Of a DNA stretch of 64,000 bases, positions 32,162 to 41,034 are shown piece after piece. Position numbers and translations under genes: made by a program. The first letter of the stretch is position 1. Each line of letters starts with the position of its first letter. Below the pieces are notes generated by a model. The model saw only the letters and a program-made list of their open reading frames with translations, was not told the DNA's origin and did no database searches. This stretch comes from Planctomycetota bacterium. GTDB lineage: Bacteria > JAJVIF01 > JAPKYR01. Location: positions 2,603 through 66,602 of the forward strand of contig JAUWTM010000004.1 in NCBI GenBank assembly GCA_030614715.1, written 5' to 3'.

Positions 32162-32617
32162 TCAGACGGCATCATCTCCCTGTTGACCTGCATGCATATG
32201 TTTTGCATTGAGAATCACGGCATAGACGAGCAATGTTACGAGGAAAACCTGCAGTCCAACTGCGAAACCGACCAGGTTAACCAGCTTCAGGTAAAACGAA
32301 AGAATAAGAACACCATAAACGATGGGAATCTTGGCGAAGAAGACAAGTGCTGCAATAATAATGTTTTGCCTGGATGGATCGAGGACCGACCGGACAAGCA
32401 GCACTATCAGCCATGTGTTAACAACGCCAAACAGTCCACCGTACACGATTCCGTAAGCAAGGCTCGCACCGAAGAAAATGTATGCAAACAACGTAACCAG
32501 ACCCGTCACGATCGCGCAGATGGGAAAAATCTTCTTAAGTATGGCGTAGTCCAGCCCGTTCACATCCTCTTCTTCAACCCATCCTGACTGGCAGGAGCTT
32601 CTCGGGAGTTGCCGCAC
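32162..32617 (-). CDS. AtpI-like small membrane protein leading the atp operon
   Basis: 151 aa; four hydrophobic helices; immediately upstream of atpB; real start probably internal. Confidence 0.45.
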   Translation of the reverse strand: MRQLPRSSCQSGWVEEEDVNGLDYAILKKIFPICAIVTGLVTLFAYIFFGASLAYGIVYGGLFGVVNTWLIVLLVRSVLDPSRQNIIIAALVFFAKIPIVYGVLILSFYLKLVNLVGFAVGLQVFLVTLLVYAVILNAKHMHAGQQGDDAV

Positions 32618-32676
32618 CAGGCAATTTGCAATTCATTAATAACGATTGGCTATAATTAAGGCCAATTGAAGCAAAT

Positions 32677-32705
32677 TAAATACCACGTCAGCGCACGTAA
32701 GTCAA
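32677..32705 (-). promoter_or_regulatory. candidate sigma70-like promoter of the atp operon (TTGACT-N17-TATTTA on the minus strand)
   Basis: Minus-strand TTGACT (plus 32700..32705), a 17-nt spacer, and TATTTA (plus 32677..32682), about 55 nt upstream of the atpI-like ORF. Confidence 0.3.
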
Positions 32706-32726
32706 TTGGTAAAACAAAGAAGATTC

Positions 32727-34184
32727 TCACATCTTTGAGACTGGAATTCTCAGGGTGAATTCGGCACCGCCATCGGGGTGGTTACGGGCGGATAATTCAC
32801 CACCGTGGTTCTTGGCAATCGAGAAGCTGACGGACAACCCGAGGCCCGTTCCCTCGCCGGGCGGCTTGGTGGTGTAGAAGGGATCGAAGATCTTTTTCAG
32901 GCTGTCCTCCTGGATTCCGGGTCCCGTGTCCCTGATTCGGATTTCGATCCATTTATCGCCCCCCGTTTTTGACAGGGACGTCATGTGGGTGCTGATTTGA
33001 AGCGTGCCGCCGGTGTCCTTCATGGCCTGGGCTGCATTCATCGCGAGATTATGGAAAATCTGCTGAATCTGCTTCGGATCGACGAATATCTCTGGAAGGT
33101 CTTCTGCGATGTCCCACTCGACCGTCACACGCTGGTATATCGGGTGGAATTTGAAAAAATCCAGCACCTGTACCAGGAGTGCATTGATGTCTGAATTCCG
33201 GGGCTGGATCTGCGTCGGGTTGGCAAATTCGAGGGTCCTGCGGATGATATCCTCGATCCTGTCTATATTAGTCAGGATTCGCTGGTACGGTTCCTCGTTA
33301 CCGCCCTCACGTCGCACCCGTTTTGCCAGGACATCGATTACCGTGTATATCCCTGCGATTGGATTACGTATCTCGTGAGCGATTCCTGCAGCGAGGAAGC
33401 CCGTGCTTGCCAGCTTGTCGGCCTGCAGCATCTGTTCCTCGACTCTCATGAGCTCGGTCCGGTCCTCGATGATCGCTACAACGCCTTCGACCTTCCCGTC
33501 GGGGTTCATCTGCGGGATGACGGTCAGGCTGACGGTGAGATCCTCGGGACCTTCACCGCGAAGGGGTTTATTCGTGATTAATGCTTCCTTGTTGTCGAAG
33601 CCTGATTCGATTGCCTCAACCAGTTCAGGATTCATCTCGCCTGATACCCTGTCGAAACTCTGATCGATCAGCGATACAGGGCTCCTGATATTTAGAAGGC
33701 TGGTGAAAGCCCTGTTCACGGCCTTGAAAGTGCGGTCCTTGTCGAGTGAGAAAATCCCAATCGGTGCGGTCCTGATTATCGAGCTTGCGAGCTCGGCACG
33801 TTTACGGATTTCCTCCTCCAGTTTCTTGCGCTGAGTGATGTCGTGCGCGATTACGAGGACGCACTCGACCTCATCGTTATCGTCCTGAATTGGGCTTGCT
33901 GACACGTAAGCCGGGAAGACATCCCCCCCTGAGCGCACGAGAAGAATTTCCCCGTGCCATTCGATCCTGTTCAAAGTCTGGTTGAAAAGGTCCTCGACCA
34001 GCGACCGTGAATATTCTTCTACACCAAGCAGCAGGTCGCGTCCGATCAACCTTTCGGCTTCGATACCGATTTCACTGCTTGCGGATTGATTGACGTAGGT
34101 AATCCGACGCGAAGGGTCGCAGACAAACACCATGTCGTGAGCTTCTGCCAGGTACCTGGAGAGACTGTCGGGGGAAACCGTCAT
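32727..34184 (-). CDS. PAS-domain sensor histidine kinase
   Basis: 485 aa; two PAS-like segments; HisKA H-box HEIRNPIAGI; HATPase_c N/G boxes (HNLAMNAAQA, DTGPGI, GTGLGLS). No response regulator in the window. Confidence 0.8.
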   Translation of the reverse strand: MTVSPDSLSRYLAEAHDMVFVCDPSRRITYVNQSASSEIGIEAERLIGRDLLLGVEEYSRSLVEDLFNQTLNRIEWHGEILLVRSGGDVFPAYVSASPIQDDNDEVECVLVIAHDITQRKKLEEEIRKRAELASSIIRTAPIGIFSLDKDRTFKAVNRAFTSLLNIRSPVSLIDQSFDRVSGEMNPELVEAIESGFDNKEALITNKPLRGEGPEDLTVSLTVIPQMNPDGKVEGVVAIIEDRTELMRVEEQMLQADKLASTGFLAAGIAHEIRNPIAGIYTVIDVLAKRVRREGGNEEPYQRILTNIDRIEDIIRRTLEFANPTQIQPRNSDINALLVQVLDFFKFHPIYQRVTVEWDIAEDLPEIFVDPKQIQQIFHNLAMNAAQAMKDTGGTLQISTHMTSLSKTGGDKWIEIRIRDTGPGIQEDSLKKIFDPFYTTKPPGEGTGLGLSVSFSIAKNHGGELSARNHPDGGAEFTLRIPVSKM

Positions 34185-34291
34185 AAGCTCTATTAGTATC
34201 TGATTAACCGGTCAGGATTAGTACGAAGAGGCTGGATTGCCATCATAAAGATGATGAAAATTACCCATTTGCAGTGAAAAGGTCGTTGATT

Positions 34292-37200
34292 TCACTTCTT
34301 CTTTTTCTTCTTTCCCTTTGCGTCCCTGCGCTGAGTGAAGGGCCGGCGGATTCCGTGCTTCATCTTGCTCGCAGATTCAGCGACCGCGCCACCGATGCTT
34401 TTGGCCCTCGATCTCGCCATATCCAGGTTGGCCTCCGCCTGTTCGTTGTCGGGATCGAATTCAAGTGCCCTGCGGAATTCGTGTATCGCCTGCGTGTAAA
34501 GCGCCTCACGGAAGTAGTAACCGCCAAGCGCATTGTGAGCGTCGGGTGAATTCGGAGCGGTGGCGACAGCAAGCTCATACTCCTCACGGGCTTTGTCCCT
34601 GTTGCCGCGTTCGTAGAGTATATCCGCCAACCTGACGTGACCATCGGCGAAGCCGGGGAACAGGTCGAGTGATTTCATTGCATGCCGCAGCGCGAGTTCA
34701 AGCTGCCCCTTTTCCTTGAATGCCAGGGCGAGCTGGAAGTTGACCGAGAAGCTGTCGGGCTTGATTTCAAGGCCTTTCTGGAACTCCGAGATGGCCTTGT
34801 CCCACATGCCCTCATCGAGGTACGTCGTGCCCTTGGTGACGTAGTGATGAATGACAGGGGCGATGGGGAACCGTCCCGGTGTGATTCTCTGGGCTTCAAT
34901 CAGGTCACCGAACTGGATTACATTAACAGCCATTCCTTCCTTGAGTGTGGATCCGGTCCCCTTGAAACGTGAGCTGGCAAGGGAGATGATCCGCTCGCAC
35001 GCTTCCTGCGTATCGATCGTGCTGGTTACGCAGTTACGGATTTCCACATCCGAGAGAATCCGTCCTAGGTCGGAAGTGCCAAGTATCAGGATGTCGCCGG
35101 CCCTTAGATGTCTTTCCGCAGTCTCGACCTGCACGGTGAGGTCCCGACCAAGCATGCGCTTCTCGTCGGGACGTCGCATGAATTGCCGTATGGTGGAACC
35201 CCTGAGCAGATAAGCGAAGCCTGATCCGACCCTGGCCAGGAAGAGCCGATTCTGGCTGATCGTTGCGATCATCATATCCGCTCCGATTGTGCCGACCTTG
35301 TTAAGACTGAATGAGAATTGGTTTACAAGCCCGTTTGCGCGCTGCATTGCTGAGACTGCAAGCTGGTTGGGGTCATCAAGGATATCGAGACGGCTCAACG
35401 ATGAGTATGAAAATACGCTCTCTGCTTCCCTGAGAGCCTTGTCGGCGCACAGCATCGCTTCGTCGAGGTTGGATGAGACTCCCGATGCAACCCCGAACGC
35501 GCCTCGTATACCGAGATTCGACGGGGGATAACGCATCGCGAACGTCATCTGGACTTTGTCAGCCAGGAGTTCCTCTCCATCGGTCGAGCTTACGGACTGG
35601 TAACTTGCATTACCGGGGATGAACGAGAGGATTTTCTCTTCGGTATCAGCGGCGGCTGCTGTGGCGGCGTAATCATCGAGATCCTCGATCAGCTCCTGCC
35701 AGCTTGAATACCTTGCGGAATAGTCCTTCCTGAGAGCCCTGTCGAGGATTCTCTTAAGATCGGGCGAGACTGACGCTGCTTCCAGACGGTCCTTCGGGTC
35801 CTGGTATACATGCATCCCCGCAATCTCGTGGGGTTCACCCTGGAAGAGGTCCTCACCTGTCAGGAGGTAATAGACCAGGAGGCCCCATGAGTAGATATCT
35901 GACGCCCCGGTTATTTCCCCGAGACCTGTAACCTGCTCGGGGCTCAAATACTCAGAGCGATTCAGCTTCATCGGAGTGTCGTAGAAAATATCCCTTTCGA
36001 ATCCTGATATCTTGGCCTTGATCACAGGCTTGGGAACGAGGAATACGCTCTCCGGTGAGAGTCTGCCGAATACGTCGAACCCGGACGCCCTTAGATAGCT
36101 GAGTGCATCGGCAACCTGGTGCCCGATGGTCACAGCCTGGCCTTCACTCAGGACACCGTAATCCGCGATGTAATCCGCGATAGTGTGCGTCCTCAGCTCA
36201 CTGACAAAGAAATAAGCACCCTTGTCACGGCCGTGATCGAGGATGCGTATCAGCCCGGGATGGTCGTATTCCGACGCCTGGAGCATCCTTTCCCCCCAGG
36301 CATCGTCGAGAGCCCTCGTTTTCGGAATTCGATAAAACCAGAGCATCACGGGTGTATCGGTCCCGAGGTGAGTGCCCGAGTAAAGGTCGAGGTCTTTTTC
36401 CGGCGATGCTCCGAAAGCACCCCCGATATTCAGCAGGCGCTCCTCGAGTCGGTACTTGCCCTTGATGGTTGTGCCCTGATCGATCAGGTGGATGTTAATT
36501 CCGCTGTCGGCACCGCCGATTAACTGGTCGATGTCCTCTGCGAGGTTGTCGTATGTCTGGTACCGGTTCGCTGGATCCTTCTCCAGCATTTTGATCATGA
36601 TGTCGTGGAAGACCAGCGGGATCTCGTATTTCTCCTGGATTTTCGGAAGCGCCTCGGTGTTCATGTGGGCTTCCATGACATCCTGTGGAAGGTCATCGAA
36701 GAGGTACTCACCAGTGACAAACCTGTAAAGTATGCATCCGAGCGAGTAAATATCGGCGCGATCGTCTATCGGTACATCCGGCTCGTCCATCCAGACTTCC
36801 GGAGATGCGTAATGGTACCCGGCCGGTGGAACGCCGTATGTCGTGCGAGAAAATCTGTCGACCTCCGGCAGTCTGAAATCACGCAGGAAAATGTCCTCTC
36901 CACGAGGGTTGATGAGTAAGTGTTCAGGTTTGAGTGCACCATGTGCCTTCAGGAGGCCCTTGACCTTCAGATAGGAGAGTATGGCGATCACCTTGCGTAC
37001 GATCTTCAACGACTGTTCGGGAGAGAGCTTGCCGCGATCCTCAAGGACGCTTGTCATTGAAGACGGCACGTAGGTTTCCACGATGTAATACTGGTTTTTG
37101 TGCCATCCCTGTGCGATCAGGTCGCATACGTGCGGATGCTTGAGCTGCGCACGGTAATAGAGGTCCTTGTTCATCGAGCGGATGAAGCCTTCTTCGCGCG

Positions 37201-38209
37201 ATAATTTTTCATCGAAGAATTTGATGGTGACAAACTTGTCGCGTCCACGTTCAATCGCCTTGTAGAGGCTTGAAAACTGTCCGCTGCCGAGCTCTTCGAG
37301 AACCTCGTACTTGTCATCGATTGTTTCGCCGACGAGACTTCCCTCGGGCTTTGCCTTCTTGAAACTGACTGCAGCGAGTGCGTATGCGACGGCTTCCTTG
37401 AATTCATCGAGTGTCTGGTATCGCTTCGATGGGTCCTTCTGAAGCGCTGTGATAAGGATTTCCTTGACCGCTGACGGAATCTGCTTGTAATACTCGATAT
37501 GGGGACTGGCGTCGATATAGACTTGCTGGTAACGGACCTTCTGAATGTCGGTGTCGTGGAAAAGAGGGAATCCTGTCAGCATTTGATACAGGATCATGCC
37601 CAGTGAATAGATATCCGATGCCTGGGTCATCTCACCGATCCTGTGGATCTGCTCGGGTGATAGGTAGCGGGGATCCTCCCATCGCTTGCGATCGGCCTCA
37701 TCTACCATTTCCATCGCGCGGCCTACATACCAATCCGAAAGTTTGATCTCATTCAGCTCATCGTTGACAAGGATATTACTGGGCTTGATGGCAAGGTGAG
37801 GGGGAAGCCCGATGTTATATCCCACCTCGAGCGCCTCGATCATTTTCAGGGTGGTGGACAATGCACCCGTAAGATCGACCTGCTCTACATCGGTCATGTA
37901 CTCCTTCAGGCTGAGCGGCATGAGCTCTGTTACGATTTTCATGCGGTCGGAGTGACGTCCGACCTCCCAGACCGCGATCAGGTTGGGGTGCTTGACGGTG
38001 CGGAGCATGTTAGCGACGTTCTCGCACTCATTTATGAATCCCTCATGCTCACCGTATGGTTCCTTGAATATCTTTACACACGCGACTCTCGGGTCCTTGG
38101 GGTCTTTTCCCTTGTAAACTAAAGCGGCTTCGCTTCCACGAATGCGGTCAACGGGTTCGAAAGGCATAAGAAGCTCCTGATGATCATTAATCCACACCCA
38201 GCCTATCAA
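34292..38209 (-). CDS. multidomain signalling scaffold: three tandem Ser/Thr-kinase-like domains, a PP2C-like domain, TPR repeats and a poly-Lys tail; all catalytic motifs appear degenerate
   Basis: 1305 aa; kinase subdomains recognisable three times (VAxK lysines, SPE/APE, SDIYSxG); PP2C-like block in the 900s; three or four TPRs; C-terminal KGKKKKKK. Confidence 0.8.
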   Translation of the reverse strand: MIGWVWINDHQELLMPFEPVDRIRGSEAALVYKGKDPKDPRVACVKIFKEPYGEHEGFINECENVANMLRTVKHPNLIAVWEVGRHSDRMKIVTELMPLSLKEYMTDVEQVDLTGALSTTLKMIEALEVGYNIGLPPHLAIKPSNILVNDELNEIKLSDWYVGRAMEMVDEADRKRWEDPRYLSPEQIHRIGEMTQASDIYSLGMILYQMLTGFPLFHDTDIQKVRYQQVYIDASPHIEYYKQIPSAVKEILITALQKDPSKRYQTLDEFKEAVAYALAAVSFKKAKPEGSLVGETIDDKYEVLEELGSGQFSSLYKAIERGRDKFVTIKFFDEKLSREEGFIRSMNKDLYYRAQLKHPHVCDLIAQGWHKNQYYIVETYVPSSMTSVLEDRGKLSPEQSLKIVRKVIAILSYLKVKGLLKAHGALKPEHLLINPRGEDIFLRDFRLPEVDRFSRTTYGVPPAGYHYASPEVWMDEPDVPIDDRADIYSLGCILYRFVTGEYLFDDLPQDVMEAHMNTEALPKIQEKYEIPLVFHDIMIKMLEKDPANRYQTYDNLAEDIDQLIGGADSGINIHLIDQGTTIKGKYRLEERLLNIGGAFGASPEKDLDLYSGTHLGTDTPVMLWFYRIPKTRALDDAWGERMLQASEYDHPGLIRILDHGRDKGAYFFVSELRTHTIADYIADYGVLSEGQAVTIGHQVADALSYLRASGFDVFGRLSPESVFLVPKPVIKAKISGFERDIFYDTPMKLNRSEYLSPEQVTGLGEITGASDIYSWGLLVYYLLTGEDLFQGEPHEIAGMHVYQDPKDRLEAASVSPDLKRILDRALRKDYSARYSSWQELIEDLDDYAATAAAADTEEKILSFIPGNASYQSVSSTDGEELLADKVQMTFAMRYPPSNLGIRGAFGVASGVSSNLDEAMLCADKALREAESVFSYSSLSRLDILDDPNQLAVSAMQRANGLVNQFSFSLNKVGTIGADMMIATISQNRLFLARVGSGFAYLLRGSTIRQFMRRPDEKRMLGRDLTVQVETAERHLRAGDILILGTSDLGRILSDVEIRNCVTSTIDTQEACERIISLASSRFKGTGSTLKEGMAVNVIQFGDLIEAQRITPGRFPIAPVIHHYVTKGTTYLDEGMWDKAISEFQKGLEIKPDSFSVNFQLALAFKEKGQLELALRHAMKSLDLFPGFADGHVRLADILYERGNRDKAREEYELAVATAPNSPDAHNALGGYYFREALYTQAIHEFRRALEFDPDNEQAEANLDMARSRAKSIGGAVAESASKMKHGIRRPFTQRRDAKGKKKKKK

Positions 38210-38325
38210 TTATACCATTTGGACGAATTTCATATGCATATTGTTCAGTGGTTGCGGAATAGTTGAGTGAAAACTATGAGTAAGATGAGTGATCAACATT
38301 ATTGTGGAACGTGGATAATATTAAG

Positions 38326-39807
38326 ATGGCAAAAAAGCCGACAATTCTGTTCCTGGCAATAATCCCCCCGGACTATTCGCCATACCTTGCGGCATCGTAC
38401 GGCATGGAGCGTTCGTTCGACCTTCTCCCGCACAAACACTCGGTGCTGTCACTGGTAGCATGGCTGAGAGACAACGGCTGCGAGGGCCAGTATGTCTGGA
38501 TCGATGCTCCTGATGAGAAGGGATTTATGGTGCTGGATGACGCCATCGCCATTGCAGAGCCGGACGCGATAGGTCTCAGCCTTGTTTCCGAGGAAATGGT
38601 GTCACATTACAAGCTCATCAGATTCCTCAAGAAGCATTATCCCAAGATACAGATTATTGTCGGCGGACCGCACGTAACGGCACTGCCTGAACATACACTT
38701 CTCAATTTCCCGGATATCGATTTCGTCGCGATAGGCGAAGGTGAGAGAACCCTCCTGGAATGGATAATGAGGATCGCAGCAGGGCAGCGGGGCTTCGAGC
38801 TTGGGGATATCAATGGACTGGCATTTACACACATCGACGGCAAGGTGATTGTCACGCCACCACGCGAGAGCATCAAGGATATAAATATCCTTCCAGATCC
38901 CGCCTTCGACCTGATACACGATTCGGAAGCACCGCCTGACAAGAGGTCTGCATACCCGCTGGTTTGCTCATACGGCTGCTACTTCAACTGTACTTTCTGC
39001 TCTGTGGAACATGGAAATTACAGGTGCCTTACCCCGGTACGTGTTGTCGACAGGATGGAACGCGCAAAGCGCAAGTTCGGTGTGGAATATTTCGCAATAC
39101 GCGACAGCTTCTGGCCGCCGAAACGCGACTGGCTTGATGAGTTCTGCGATGAGGTGGAGAAGCGTAATTTAAAGGTCAAATTCCATTTCCAGACTCGCGC
39201 CGGTGTTCTTACAAAGGAGCAAGTTGTAAGGCTGAAAAAAATAGGCGCACAGGTGATAGCGATTGGCGTTGAGGCGGGTGATCCTGAAATTCTCAAGGCG
39301 ATTAAAAAGGGAATCACGGTCGATATGGCACGTGAGACAGTCGAAATGCTGAACGACGCGGGTATTTTTTCGATAGCGTTCTTTATCTTCGGTAACCAGT
39401 TCGAAAACAACCGCACGATCCAGGCATCGATAGACCTGTCGCACGAGTTGAACGCTTCAATTGCATTTTTTCACGTGCTCTTCCCGCTTCCTGGTGCCGA
39501 AGCGTTTGGTTTCCTGAAGGACGACGAAAAACTGTGGTGGATGGGCAGGGGCGACGGGCTTCCGTCGATCTGCGACCTGTCAACGGCTGACCTTGAGAAA
39601 CTGGCAACCCATGCGTTTATCCATTATCCCTTACGCTGGGACTGGTACAAACAGCACGTTCTTGGCGGGAAGCTTCCCGCAGAATTCAGGAACATCGCTA
39701 GGAAAATACACGCGATCCACACGAGAAAATCCATTCTCGGTACGCTCGAAAGGTACTGGCCGTTCAACATGATGATTCGCGGAACGAAGTCCATGTTGAA
39801 ACGCTAA
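38326..39807 (+). CDS. B12-binding-domain radical SAM protein
   Basis: N-terminal cobalamin-binding-like domain; radical SAM CYFNCTFC (Cx3Cx2C) motif. The ORF track starts at 38302 (MWNVDNIK); M at 38326 (MAKKPTILF) is the more likely start. Confidence 0.8.
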   Translation: MAKKPTILFLAIIPPDYSPYLAASYGMERSFDLLPHKHSVLSLVAWLRDNGCEGQYVWIDAPDEKGFMVLDDAIAIAEPDAIGLSLVSEEMVSHYKLIRFLKKHYPKIQIIVGGPHVTALPEHTLLNFPDIDFVAIGEGERTLLEWIMRIAAGQRGFELGDINGLAFTHIDGKVIVTPPRESIKDINILPDPAFDLIHDSEAPPDKRSAYPLVCSYGCYFNCTFCSVEHGNYRCLTPVRVVDRMERAKRKFGVEYFAIRDSFWPPKRDWLDEFCDEVEKRNLKVKFHFQTRAGVLTKEQVVRLKKIGAQVIAIGVEAGDPEILKAIKKGITVDMARETVEMLNDAGIFSIAFFIFGNQFENNRTIQASIDLSHELNASIAFFHVLFPLPGAEAFGFLKDDEKLWWMGRGDGLPSICDLSTADLEKLATHAFIHYPLRWDWYKQHVLGGKLPAEFRNIARKIHAIHTRKSILGTLERYWPFNMMIRGTKSMLKR

Positions 39808-39882
39808 TTCCCCCTTCTACGTGATATAATCCCCCGAATGGTTACCATGCCGTTTTGCTTAAATACGTCTTGAGGTGAAGAA

Positions 39883-40851
39883 GTGGAAATATCATACCCG
39901 GTTGCTTTTCTTGCGGGACTTCTCAGTTTCATAACCCCCTGTGTCCTGCCCCTTGTACCGGTCTACCTGAGCATTTTATCTGGCTCGTCGTTCGACGAGA
40001 TGACCAGCAGAGGTGCTGACATGACCGATAAGGAGAAGGCGGATATACACAAGAGGGTGATAACCAATGCGCTGGCGTTCATCACGGGATTCACGATCAT
40101 CTTTATGATAGCTGGAGTCGCTGCGGGGAGTGCAGGGGACTTGCTGATTGTCGTGCAGTCGAAATACGGCTCCAGCCTGACGAACTGGCTGCTCGTTGTG
40201 TTTGCAATCGTGATGGTCTTCCTCGGGATGAACATGGCGGGATTCTACAAGCCCATGTTCCTGAACACTGAGGCAAGGTTCCAGCTGCAGAAAGGGAAAT
40301 GGGGATTAGTTTCATCAGGTGTTGTTGGTGCGGCTTTTGCATTCGGATGGACACCATGTATCGGTCCGATCCTCGCGCCGATCCTCGCGATCGCGGCGGA
40401 GTCCGGCAGTCGCGGGCAGGGCGCACTGCTGCTGTTTGTGTACTCGCTCGGTCTGGCAATACCATTCTTCCTGTCCGCTCTTTCGGTGAATGGTCTTATC
40501 GCTTTCACAAACAAGATGAAGCATCACTTCCACACGATGGAAGTAATTGTGGGCTCCCTTCTCCTGCTGATCGGGATTACCCTCGGTATTCTTGGTGCGT
40601 ACGGTCTGACAATTAATAAATCCGGGCTCGATGTGGTCAGGGAGAAAATGGGCTGGCTGACAGAGGTCACGACAGAGCTTGAGGAGAGCCTGATGCAGGA
40701 AGAGGAAGTGGTTGATGATAGTGGATCGATAGTATCAACACCCGATGGCGAGTTTGATGTGACAATTGATGAAGATGATAACCTTGAAGGGATAACCGAT
40801 ATGGGTGGCGAGGATTCCGAAGATGTTGCAAGACCTGATGACACTGAATAG
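39883..40851 (+). CDS. ccdA: cytochrome c biogenesis / thiol-disulfide transporter CcdA (DsbD beta-domain family) with acidic C-terminal extension
   Basis: 322 aa; N-terminal SFITPCVLPLVPVYLS motif and second Cys motif WTPCIGPIL; six TM helices; about 70 aa acidic tail. Confidence 0.75.
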   Translation: MEISYPVAFLAGLLSFITPCVLPLVPVYLSILSGSSFDEMTSRGADMTDKEKADIHKRVITNALAFITGFTIIFMIAGVAAGSAGDLLIVVQSKYGSSLTNWLLVVFAIVMVFLGMNMAGFYKPMFLNTEARFQLQKGKWGLVSSGVVGAAFAFGWTPCIGPILAPILAIAAESGSRGQGALLLFVYSLGLAIPFFLSALSVNGLIAFTNKMKHHFHTMEVIVGSLLLLIGITLGILGAYGLTINKSGLDVVREKMGWLTEVTTELEESLMQEEEVVDDSGSIVSTPDGEFDVTIDEDDNLEGITDMGGEDSEDVARPDDTE

Positions 40852-40961
40852 ATGCAATTGCGGGGACTGGCGGACGGATTTGGCGAAACGATCAACTTGA
40901 CTTATTTATGGAAGTAATAGAGCCAAATCCGGGTGCCTGTCACCGCTGACTAAAAGAACCA

Positions 40962-40987
40962 GCCCGGGACAGTCTCCCGGGCTTTTT
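40962..40987 (+). terminator. rho-independent terminator after ccdA
   Basis: GCCCGGGA-cagtc-TCCCGGGC stem-loop followed by TTTTT. Confidence 0.6.
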
Positions 40988-41034
40988 CATATCCTTTACA
41001 AAACCGTGTGGGTTACTTCGTTGAATTCCTGACG

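Noticed and set aside
32003-32587. 194-aa plus-strand ORF across the atpI-like/atpB junction
   Set aside because: It is antisense to the AtpI-like membrane gene, and its His-rich stretch is better explained as the minus-strand in-frame extension of atpB.
38302-38325. Upstream ATG (MWNVDNIK) as the start of the B12-radical SAM gene
   Set aside because: The first 8 codons are not conserved-looking and the B12-binding domain begins right after MAKKPTILF, so the internal ATG at 38326 is preferred; the earlier start remains possible.
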